From an uncultured Fibrobacteria bacterium (GTDB lineage: Bacteria > Fibrobacterota > Fibrobacteria > UBA11236): a DNA stretch of 64,000 bases. A model generated the notes under the pieces. The model was not told the DNA's origin. It searched no databases and saw only the letters and a list, made by a program, of their open reading frames with translations. The translations under genes were made by a program, and so were the position numbers. Positions 37,509 to 47,115 of the stretch are shown here, piece by piece. Every line of letters starts with the position of its first letter. Positions within the stretch are counted from its first letter, which is position 1. Where the stretch lies: positions 2,450,615 through 2,514,614 of the forward strand of contig OY970309.1 in assembly GCA_963716395.1 (NCBI GenBank), given 5' to 3'.

Positions 37509-39379
37509 TCGGGGATGAACCGCGTGGCCCAGGCGCGCACGCGGCGGCCATTCAAGACGTGAAAGCGGCGCAGCCGGCGCAAGGTTTCGGCGCCGAAAGC
37601 GCCGGCGGGAATCCACACCAGCCGCTTGCGAAACCCCGCCGCCATTTGGCGCAGCCGCAACCCCGGCTTTTCATGGCTCACGTAAGCCACCGCGCGCTGG
37701 GCCGAGTGCCGCAAGGCCCCGTACACCAGTTGCTCGGCCAGGTTTTGGAATCCGAACTCCTCGGCCGGCAGCTTGAAAACGTCGGGAACCGGCCGCGGCG
37801 GAAAGAGCAGGCTGAAGCCCCCGAATTCGGCGCGCGCGATGCCCGGGCCCACCATGTCGTCCCAGGGATCGGTGCCGAAAAACGTGAGCATCGACTCCTC
37901 CGCATGTTCATAAGTCCAGGCCATGCGAAACGGGTAACGCGCATCGTGATCGGGATCAAAAATCGCCACCACGGTGTCGACCCGGCCGCGTACCGGCGGC
38001 GCTTCGCGCACGTGAATGCGGCCCGAGCCCGCGAGCTGGCGCAGGGTTTCGCGCGCGTCGACGCCGTCTTTGAGCGAGGCGGTCAGAGGTTCGGAACGGC
38101 TCTCGCCGTGAAACAGCATTTCGCGGCTGCGCGCGCGCGCCGTGCGGTTGAAGCGCTCAATGCGGATGTCTTCGGGAACATGCGAACACATGCCGCGTGC
38201 ATCCCAGAGGTAGCGGTAGCGCTGCTTCCGCTCGGGATCGGGATCGCGTTGCAGGCGCAGGGTTTTCCAGATTTTCGGCGAATGCTCCAGCAGGTTGAAG
38301 GCGGGCTGGGCTTCGCCGCCGGGCACGCGCACTGTGTCGCGACCGATTTCCAGCCAGCCCTCCGAGGTTGACGGGACGAAGGGATAACGGCGTGCGGATT
38401 CGAACAGTTTGGCTGCGAAGCCGTGGCCGAATACGCCTTTGGCCGCAGCCACCAGATCGAGGAGACCCGGCGTGAGGCGGCCTTGCACCGCGGCCAGATT
38501 GCGCGTAAAGGTGAGCGCGGTTTGTACCTGCTTCACCGTGGCGACCGCGGCTTCGATGCGATCTTTGCGCAGGGCGGCGCGGGTGGCGATGAACAATGAT
38601 TTCACCAAATCGAAATACGGCCGCGGCGTCATCCAGGGATTTTGCCGTTCCTTTTCCATTTCCCCGGCATAATGCGGCAGCTCTCCCAGGGCGAAATAAA
38701 GATGCTCGGGTTTCACAGGCCACACTTCGGCGTCGACCTGGTCTTCTTCGTCCGGCGGCTCTTCCGCTCCCGCATTTTCGGCGCGGCCCGCAGCGCACAG
38801 CTTTTCCAGCGCGAAGAAAGCGGGAAAGTCACAGAGCAACAGGAGCGGTGCGGGTGCGCCCCGGCGCGCCACCAGGATTTCTCGCGCGCGCGCTTCGGCG
38901 TCGGCCGCTACCTCCGGCAGCCCTTGCAAGGCTTGCCGCGCCAGCGATTGATACGCGGCGGAGCCCAACTCGGGCAAAAGGGCCGCGTCGGGCAGCAGGT
39001 AACGCAGCGGTTTCCTCAGGCGCCGGTTGCCTTCGAGAAAAAACAGGGGCAGCCGGCGCGACAACGCCTGCCGCAGTCCTTCGATATAGGCGTCGCCGGG
39101 GTCGGCGGGCAGATAGGCGATAAGTTTTCCGTCGAGCCGCACGGCGGCCGCGTGGATTTCCGGCAATTGTTCCGCTACTTCGAGGGCCGCCGCGCGCAAA
39201 GCGGCGGGAAAGGCCAGGGCCAGAGCTGCGTCGCGCCGCTCCCACAGCAGTTGGCGCACCGCCATGGCGAAAGGCGCGGCGCCATGCGCGATGGGGAAAA
39301 CGTCCAACCCCGGAGCCAGCGGAACGGCGGAAAGCGGGGCGCGGGCGGAAGAGTGGGACGAAGAGTGGGACGGGTTCAT
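37505..39379 (-). CDS. Large uncharacterised protein (possibly DUF5682/TraB-ChaN-like), partner of the AAA+ ATPase
   Basis: 624-aa ORF between the AAA+ gene and thiD. I see no VWA/MIDAS DxSxS motif. The DUF5682 resemblance is from memory only. Confidence 0.6.
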   Translation of the reverse strand: MNPSHSSSHSSARAPLSAVPLAPGLDVFPIAHGAAPFAMAVRQLLWERRDAALALAFPAALRAAALEVAEQLPEIHAAAVRLDGKLIAYLPADPGDAYIEGLRQALSRRLPLFFLEGNRRLRKPLRYLLPDAALLPELGSAAYQSLARQALQGLPEVAADAEARAREILVARRGAPAPLLLLCDFPAFFALEKLCAAGRAENAGAEEPPDEEDQVDAEVWPVKPEHLYFALGELPHYAGEMEKERQNPWMTPRPYFDLVKSLFIATRAALRKDRIEAAVATVKQVQTALTFTRNLAAVQGRLTPGLLDLVAAAKGVFGHGFAAKLFESARRYPFVPSTSEGWLEIGRDTVRVPGGEAQPAFNLLEHSPKIWKTLRLQRDPDPERKQRYRYLWDARGMCSHVPEDIRIERFNRTARARSREMLFHGESRSEPLTASLKDGVDARETLRQLAGSGRIHVREAPPVRGRVDTVVAIFDPDHDARYPFRMAWTYEHAEESMLTFFGTDPWDDMVGPGIARAEFGGFSLLFPPRPVPDVFKLPAEEFGFQNLAEQLVYGALRHSAQRAVAYVSHEKPGLRLRQMAAGFRKRLVWIPAGAFGAETLRRLRRFHVLNGRRVRAWATRFIPE

Positions 39380-39431
39380 GGTGCGGGGGACCGGTTCCGG
39401 GCCGCGGCCGGCCGGCGCGGGCGCGGCGGTT

Positions 39432-40445
39432 TCAGTCCCGATCCGGATTCATGGGATCGCCTTCGTCAAAAAAGAAATCGCCCAATTGCATATTCGGCAT
39501 GTGAAAACCCTGTTGCTTGCGCTTGGAGGCGTAGGCTTCCAGGTCGAGGGCTTCGTCGCCCAGAATCTGGCGGACGGCTTTGCGGAACAGGGGCTCCCAG
39601 CCTTGCGCCTGCATGTGTCCCAGCTTTTGCGAGAAGCGCACGGCGTGAATGCCGTCGCGCACCGAATAAGGCAAATCCAGTCCATGCGCCTTTTGCAAAA
39701 AACCCAGGCAGATGCGCAGCAATTCTTCCGGCGCCGCCGGCAAATTGTAGCGCAGAATGCGCAACTCTTCTTCTTCGGGCGGGAAGGGCAATTCGATGCC
39801 GGGTTGCAGACGCGAAAGGATGTAGTCGGGAATCTCGAAAGCGGAATCATCCTGATTCATGGTGATGGCGCAGCGAAAATCGGCATGCGCCTGAATCGTG
39901 ACGCCCGCCACCACCGAGTCGATGGAGCGGCGGTCGTCGAGCAGGGGCGCGAGCGAAGCCCAGCATTTTTCCGGCATGCGATTGCCTTCGTCGAGCACCA
40001 CGGCGCCGCCCCGCAACATGGCCGTGACCAGAGGCGAAGCGCGATATTGAATGGCGCCGCCTTCGCTGAGCACCGGGGTGATGAGCAGATCTTCGGGACG
40101 CGTGTCGGCGGTGCATTGCACGACAAAGGCGGGCTGGCCCCGCCGCTGCGCGGCCGCCAGGGCCAAGGTGGTTTTACCCAAGCCGGGATAGCCCACGATG
40201 CGGGGCGAAAGCGGCCGATCTTGTGGGGTCAGTGTCAGCCAGCAGGCCAGAAGCTCGGTCATCGGCTCTTCCTGGCCAATCCATTCCACCGCGGACGCGA
40301 CCGGGGCGCTCAAGTGAATTTCGACGCCGTCGATGCGCAGGGAGTCCACGCGGGGAAGTATAGCTAGAAGGTGTGGCCGAGATTCAGGGCGGGCCGTAGC
40401 ATATTTGCTGCGTTTGGCCGCGAAGGTAACAGGAAAATCGATCAT
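39432..40445 (-). CDS. MoxR/AAA_5-type AAA+ ATPase
   Basis: Walker A GYPGLGKTT, Walker B VVLDEGNR, and a CbbQ/NorQ/GvpN-like layout. 337 aa. Confidence 0.85.
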   Translation of the reverse strand: MIDFPVTFAAKRSKYATARPESRPHLLAILPRVDSLRIDGVEIHLSAPVASAVEWIGQEEPMTELLACWLTLTPQDRPLSPRIVGYPGLGKTTLALAAAQRRGQPAFVVQCTADTRPEDLLITPVLSEGGAIQYRASPLVTAMLRGGAVVLDEGNRMPEKCWASLAPLLDDRRSIDSVVAGVTIQAHADFRCAITMNQDDSAFEIPDYILSRLQPGIELPFPPEEEELRILRYNLPAAPEELLRICLGFLQKAHGLDLPYSVRDGIHAVRFSQKLGHMQAQGWEPLFRKAVRQILGDEALDLEAYASKRKQQGFHMPNMQLGDFFFDEGDPMNPDRD

Positions 40446-40484
40446 TTATAAATTGAATTCTTTCTTCCAGTCCGGAGAGTTTCC

Positions 40485-41447
40485 ATGAGCGACACCGTCG
40501 AAAATCTCGTCATCATCGGTTCGGGACCGGCGGGCCATACCGCCGCCATCTATGCCGCGCGCGCCAGTTTGAACCCGCTGATGTTCGAAGGCTTCATGGC
40601 GGCCGGCGTGGCGGCGGGCGGCCAACTGACCACCACCACCGAGATCGAAAACTTCCCCGGGTTCACCACCATCGGAGGTCCCGAGCTCATGGCGCGCATG
40701 CGCGAGCAGTCGTTGCATTGCGGGGCGCGCATCCAAACCGAAACCGTGGCCAAAGTCGATTTGTCGCAGCGGCCGTTTCGCGTGGTTTCCGAAGAAGGCG
40801 GCGAGGTGCGGGCAAAAGCCTTGATCATCGCCACCGGAGCCACGGCTAAGCGTATGCGGGTTCCGCACGAAGAAGAATTCTGGCAAAAGGGCATTTCGGC
40901 CTGCGCGGTGTGCGACGGCGGTTTGCCGCTGTTCCGTAACCAACCGCTGGTGGTGATCGGCGGGGGCGATACGGCCGTGGAAGAAGCCACCTATTTGACC
41001 AAGTTCGCCTCCAAGGTTTTCCTGGTGCATCGCCGCCATGAATTGCGGGCCAGCAAGGCCATGCAACAGCGCGCCTTGAGCAATCCCAAGCTGGAAATCG
41101 TCTGGGACACGGTACTCGAAGACGTGTACGGCGGCCCTGCGCTCGCCGGGGTGAAGCTGCGCGATCTCAAAGCCGAGCGCTTGTATGACCATGAAGCCAA
41201 AGGCCTGTTCTACGCCATCGGCCATACCCCCAATACCGAATTTTTGGAAGGCCAATTGGACGCCGACGAGACCGGTTATCTCATCACCGAACCCGGCACC
41301 ACCCAGACCAGCGTCGCCGGTGTTTTCGCCGCCGGAGACGTGCAGGACAAACGTTATCGCCAAGCCGTCACCTCGGCGGGAACCGGGTGCATGGCGGCCC
41401 TGGACGCCGAGCATTTTCTTTCGTCCGAAGCCGTCGGCGGGCATTGA
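40485..41447 (+). CDS. trxB: Thioredoxin-disulfide reductase
   Basis: [18 protein letters not shown], the redox CAVCDG motif, and [10 protein letters not shown]. Confidence 0.97.
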   Translation: MSDTVENLVIIGSGPAGHTAAIYAARASLNPLMFEGFMAAGVAAGGQLTTTTEIENFPGFTTIGGPELMARMREQSLHCGARIQTETVAKVDLSQRPFRVVSEEGGEVRAKALIIATGATAKRMRVPHEEEFWQKGISACAVCDGGLPLFRNQPLVVIGGGDTAVEEATYLTKFASKVFLVHRRHELRASKAMQQRALSNPKLEIVWDTVLEDVYGGPALAGVKLRDLKAERLYDHEAKGLFYAIGHTPNTEFLEGQLDADETGYLITEPGTTQTSVAGVFAAGDVQDKRYRQAVTSAGTGCMAALDAEHFLSSEAVGGH

Positions 41448-41565
41448 TTCCCGGCCCCGGATTTTCGCCCCGGAGCGGTCGGCCCGGGCCGCTTCCCGCC
41501 CCCGGACGCGGGAAAAACCCGGAATAAGTCCAAAAAAACGGAAAATTGCGGGGTACCGCACCCGG

Positions 41566-41582
41566 CATGTTTCGGAAACATG
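41566..41582. promoter_or_regulatory. 17-bp palindrome CATGTTTC-G-GAAACATG in the trxB/XRE intergenic region
   Basis: Perfect 8-bp arms, read directly from the sequence. Confidence 0.6.
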
Positions 41583-41629
41583 GCCAGCACCCGAAACTTC
41601 AAAGGGACGTAACCGGCGACCTTCCCCTC

Positions 41630-41658
41630 TTGACGGAAGTTAACCTATGAGTTAACCT
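41630..41658 (+). promoter_or_regulatory. Putative promoter (TTGACG, N17, TAACCT) overlapped by the direct repeat AGTTAACCT x2
   Basis: AGTTAACCT occurs at 41638-41646 and 41650-41658. TTGACG lies at 41630-41635. Confidence 0.4.
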
Positions 41659-41702
41659 TGGCAGGACGGAACCGGGAGGGCCGGAAGCGGTCCCAGCTCG
41701 GG

Positions 41703-41742
41703 TTTAAAACGATTTAGAACGTTTTAAAACGGTTTGAAATGT
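41703..41742 (+). repeat. Four tandem 10-bp AT-rich repeats TTTAAAACGA/TTTAGAACGT/TTTAAAACGG/TTTGAAATGT upstream of the XRE regulator
   Basis: Read directly from the sequence. The 10-bp period matches one helical turn. The array ends 36 nt before the ATG at 41778. Confidence 0.8.
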
Positions 41743-41777
41743 CGGCCGTCCGGCAACCATCAAGAAAGGAGCGGGTC

Positions 41778-42029
41778 ATGGGCAAAGGCAAGAAGAGCAA
41801 GGATTCCGGCAGCAAAAAGCGCGGGAAGGGGTATGACTTGGCCGTGGGCGACATGATCCGCAAAGCCCGGGAAAACGGCGGCATTTCCCAGGAGGAATTG
41901 GCCATCCGCCTGGATACCAAACGCACCGCCATCTCCCGAATCGAAAACCATGCCGAAGACATCAAACTGAGTACTTTGAGTCGCGTGGCCAAGGCCTTGG
42001 GCAAAGACCTCAAGGTGAAAATCGGCTGA
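41778..42029 (+). CDS. XRE-family helix-turn-helix regulator with a lysine-rich N-terminal tail
   Basis: AGGAG RBS. MGKGKKSKDSGSKKRGKG tail followed by IRKARENGGISQEELAIRLDTKRTAISRIEN. Confidence 0.8.
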   Translation: MGKGKKSKDSGSKKRGKGYDLAVGDMIRKARENGGISQEELAIRLDTKRTAISRIENHAEDIKLSTLSRVAKALGKDLKVKIG

Positions 42030-42094
42030 CCTTTCGCCGCTCCAAGGCGGATAATCAATCCCGGCGGCGGGGGTCCCCCGTCCGGGAGGTGCTT

Positions 42095-42733
42095 GTGAAA
42101 GCCAACACGTGGATTTTAATCGGCGGATTACTGGCTTTTCAGGGGGCCCGTGCGGAGAGCAAACCCGTGGCGGCGGGCATGCTGGGCGGCCTGAACGCCG
42201 CCACCTTATGGGGCCATAATGTGCATGATTTTGACGTGCGCTTTTGGCCCGAAGTGGGATTCAGTCTGAATGTGCGTTTTCCGGTGCTCGTGGGGCTGGA
42301 AACCGACCTGCTTTACGCCAGCCGTGGCAGCACCTTCAAATCGGATGACAGCGCCGGTTCCCGAGTCAATACGTTTCACCTGCAAACGTTGACCCTCCCC
42401 TTGCTGGTCAAAATCACGGCCCCCATCGGCTATGAGGTGCAACCCGTCTTTTTCGGGGGCCCGTCTCTGGCCTATGCGTTTTCTAAGAGCAATACCTCCG
42501 AGGTCATCGCCACCGACGTCAACGGCAATGTGACGACCGAAAACCTGGACCCGTTGATACCGCCTGCGGATTTGCAAACCCTCGACGTGCTTCTGACCGT
42601 GGGCGGCGGGCTGGAATGGGGCCTGGGGACTTTGCAGGCGCGTCTGAACTTCGGCGAACGCCCGTTGGACAAAACCGGGGTGGTCGACGTCCACACCTTC
42701 ACCCTCGACGTCATGGCGGGATTCACATTTTGA
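42095..42733 (+). CDS. Outer-membrane beta-barrel protein (OmpW/porin-family-like)
   Basis: Signal peptide ending ARA-ES, alternating hydrophobic strands, and a C-terminal aromatic residue (GFTF). GGGAGG lies 5 nt before the GTG at 42095. Confidence 0.7.
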   Translation: MKANTWILIGGLLAFQGARAESKPVAAGMLGGLNAATLWGHNVHDFDVRFWPEVGFSLNVRFPVLVGLETDLLYASRGSTFKSDDSAGSRVNTFHLQTLTLPLLVKITAPIGYEVQPVFFGGPSLAYAFSKSNTSEVIATDVNGNVTTENLDPLIPPADLQTLDVLLTVGGGLEWGLGTLQARLNFGERPLDKTGVVDVHTFTLDVMAGFTF

Positions 42734-43268
42734 GACGGCGGGGGGGCGACGCCATTTCGATCAGACCCATTACTGGAATCACAAATAATACCGCGCCGGC
42801 CAGAAAGAATCCCAGCCCCACCGCCCCTTTCAACAGGGGGCGCAACAGGTTGCCATGTTTGTCCTCCACGAACGAATCCTTGGGGTCGTGCGGGTTCACA
42901 TAGGCCGTGACCGTGTCGCCCACGTGGTAGCGGTCGAGGCGGCGCTGCCAATACCAGAAAGGACGCGGCTCTTCCTCGAAGGAGAAGCGCCAGCCCCAAA
43001 CGCTTTTCCCCCGCACGGAATACGCGTAGAGAACATCGGGATAATAGGCGTTCACGGCTCCGGAAGTATCGCGGCGTTCTCCGACCCTCAGGAATTTGGC
43101 CGGCGTCGGCCGGTAGACCTGGTCGAGATGGGTTAACCGGTGCACGATGCGGTAATCCTGCATCATGGATTTAAGACCCATTACGGCCAGTACCAAACCG
43201 GCTATCAAGGCCAGGATTTGCGTTCCCGCGGGAATTTTGCCGGTGTCGTCCGGATGGCGTTTGGGCAT
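42723..43268 (-). CDS. DUF3592-like membrane protein
   Basis: Two TM helices flank a beta-rich domain (YPDVLYAYSVRGKSVWGWRF...VGDTVTAYVNPHDP). Confidence 0.65.
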   Translation of the reverse strand: MPKRHPDDTGKIPAGTQILALIAGLVLAVMGLKSMMQDYRIVHRLTHLDQVYRPTPAKFLRVGERRDTSGAVNAYYPDVLYAYSVRGKSVWGWRFSFEEEPRPFWYWQRRLDRYHVGDTVTAYVNPHDPKDSFVEDKHGNLLRPLLKGAVGLGFFLAGAVLFVIPVMGLIEMASPPRRLKM

Positions 43269-43356
43269 GAAAGGTTAAAAGGCCACAGGCCGTCCGCCTG
43301 TGACGGAGCCGCTAAAGTAGTTTCCGCGTCCCGGGTCGGAAATCCGAATTGGGGCT

Positions 43357-44113
43357 TTACGCTTGGTCCGGTTTGCGGGCGAGAAAACGCAGACGGGTGT
43401 AGTCGGCGGTCCAACGGCCGTCGGCGCCGCAAAGTTGCGGACGCAGTGCCTCTTCGACTTCCAGGAGAAAGCCGGGCCGGTCGGGCTCGGGTAAAGCGGA
43501 AGTAAAGGATTGGGCAAATGTTTCCAGCCAGGTGCGCAGCGAACCGGGCAAAGGGGTGGGCCGTGGAAACACCCCGATGGTTTCGACCCGGAAACCCGCG
43601 CGCGTCAGGCGGCCTCCGTATTCTTCCGCCGTGGGGAAATACCAGGGATTCCAATCCGCGAAATTGAGGTTGCGGCGGCGCAGGGCTTCAGCCAAGGCAC
43701 CGCGGATAGCGGCCACGCAGCCGTCGCCGCCCAGTTCGGCCGCGAAGCGGCCGCCGGGTTTCAAGGCCCGCCACACACCGGCAATGGCCGCATCGGCATC
43801 CCTGACCCAATGCAGGGCGGCGTTGCTGAACACGGCGTCGAAGTCGGCGTCGAAAGCGAGGTCTTCGGCGCGCCCGACCACCGCTTCGATCCCGGCGCGG
43901 CATGCGGCTTCGACCTGCGGTAAGCTGGCATCGACGCCCACCATTTTACCGCCTTGCTCCGCCAACCGCGCCGTGAGAAAGCCGTCTCCGCAGCCGAGGT
44001 CGAGAATGCGTTCGCCGGGCCGCGGGTCGAGCAAGGCCACCACGGGGCCGGCCAGATCGGCCACGAAACGCGCCTGGCGCGCATAGCGCTCCGGATCCCA
44101 GGTTTGCCGGGCG

Positions 44114-44121
<8 letters not shown>
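43357..44121 (-). CDS. Class I SAM-dependent methyltransferase (trans-aconitate methyltransferase Tam-like)
   Basis: WDPERYARQARF N-terminus, ILDLGCGDG motif I, and SNAALHW. The start overlaps the cimA stop by 8 nt. Confidence 0.75.
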
Positions 44122-45703
<1,582 letters not shown>

Positions 45704-45750
45704 TTTTCCGCCTTTCACAACCAACGATTCCCGCCCTCAAAATTGGACCC

Positions 45751-45782
45751 AACAAAAAAGCCCGCTCGGTGGGGAGCGGGCT
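45751..45782 (-). terminator. Rho-independent terminator between ilvE and cimA (ilvE terminator and/or cimA attenuator)
   Basis: On the minus strand: AGCCCGCTC-CCCACC-GAGCGGGCT followed by TTTTTGTT. It lies about 50 nt upstream of the cimA start. Confidence 0.75.
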
Positions 45783-45805
45783 TTTTCGGGGTCGACGCAA
45801 TTCCC

Positions 45806-45916
45806 TTAAAGTCCGCTCCCGCAGGGCGCAATAATTCGAATCAGCCCGCCCAAAGACAGACCGATTCCGTTGCACGCGTTGTGAGAACGAAGCGTCATAG
45901 ACATTAAGTTAATCAT
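45806..45916 (-). promoter_or_regulatory. Candidate 36-codon leader ORF (MINLMSMTLRSHNACNGIGLSLGGLIRIIAPCGSGL) upstream of cimA
   Basis: Reverse-complemented and translated by hand. An LIRII cluster lies just 5' of a GGGAGCGG segment (45813-45820). That segment can pair with CCGCTCCC in the 5' arm of the terminator. Confidence 0.35.
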
Positions 45917-45945
45917 TTCCGGCCGGTGCGGCGCCAGCATTTCGT

Positions 45946-46989
45946 TCAGGTTTTGATTTCCATCAGCCAGCCGCGGTGATCTTCGCTTTCACCGTATTGC
46001 ACAGCCTGCAAGGCCTGATACAGGCGGGTCAAGGTGGGACCGGCCCGGTCCTGGTCGCCGAAGGTGAATACGCGATCGCCGTAATGCACCGAACGGATGG
46101 GAGTAATCACCGCGGCCGTGCCGCAGGCTCCGACTTCGGAAAACTGATCGAGTCGATCCAGCGCGATGGGTTCGCGCCTTACCTTCAGGCCCATGTCCTG
46201 CGCCAGCACTTGCAGGCTGTCATTGGTCACGCTTTGCAGAATCGAATGCGAAGCGGGCGTTTTATATTCGCCCGCGGGCGTGATGCCGAAGAAGTTCGAA
46301 GTTCCGAATTCATCGGCGTATTTGTTTTCCTTGGGATCGGAAAACAGCACGATGGGAAAGCCCTTCTTCTTCGCCAGGGCCGTGGGCAAGAGGCTGGCGG
46401 CGTAATTGCCGGCCATCTTGGCACGCCCCGTGCCGTTGGGGGCGCAGCGATCGTAGTCGAGTATCACCAATGCGTCGACGGGGTGGAAACCGTCTTTGTA
46501 ATAGGGACCCACGGGCGTGACCAGCACCGCGAAGGTGTAGGTCGACGAAGGCCGCACGCCCACCATGGGTTCGGTGCCGATGAGAAAGGGGCGGATGTAA
46601 AGGCTGGCGCCGGTGCCGTAAGGCGGCACGAAATCGAGATTGCACTCCACGGCCAAGCGGCAGGCCGAGACGAAGATCTCGGCGTCGGGTGCCTGCATGC
46701 ACAGCCGTTCGGCCGACAGGCGCATACGCTCGGCGTTGCGGTCGGGACGGAACATGACCACACGGCCGTCGCGCGTGCGGAAGGCTTTCAGGCCTTCGAA
46801 AATCGCCTGGCCGTAATGCAGGCAATTGGCCGCAATGTGCATCGGCAGCACCGGATCGGTTTTAAAAACCGGCGTTCCCCATTTCCCGTCGGCGAAATCG
46901 CATTGCACATGGCCATGGGTAGGCAGGTATTGGAATCCCAGGTTTTTCCAGTCCAAGGTTGTGGTGGCGGTCGGCATGGCTTGAATCAT
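45946..46989 (-). CDS. ilvE: Branched-chain amino acid aminotransferase
   Basis: LHYGQAIFEGLKAF, SLYIRPF and GTGRAKMAGNYA motifs of the class IV aminotransferase fold. Confidence 0.92.
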   Translation of the reverse strand: MIQAMPTATTTLDWKNLGFQYLPTHGHVQCDFADGKWGTPVFKTDPVLPMHIAANCLHYGQAIFEGLKAFRTRDGRVVMFRPDRNAERMRLSAERLCMQAPDAEIFVSACRLAVECNLDFVPPYGTGASLYIRPFLIGTEPMVGVRPSSTYTFAVLVTPVGPYYKDGFHPVDALVILDYDRCAPNGTGRAKMAGNYAASLLPTALAKKKGFPIVLFSDPKENKYADEFGTSNFFGITPAGEYKTPASHSILQSVTNDSLQVLAQDMGLKVRREPIALDRLDQFSEVGACGTAAVITPIRSVHYGDRVFTFGDQDRAGPTLTRLYQALQAVQYGESEDHRGWLMEIKT

Positions 46990-47115
46990 AATACCGGGAT
47001 TATCTAGCAAAAAGGCTTAGCGTCACCGGGTTCGGGTTCAAGCGCCTCGCGCCCGGCCCGCACCCAGCATGCGGCCGTGGTTTTCGTGAGACGGGGCGGC
47101 GCGGAAGGTGCCGGT

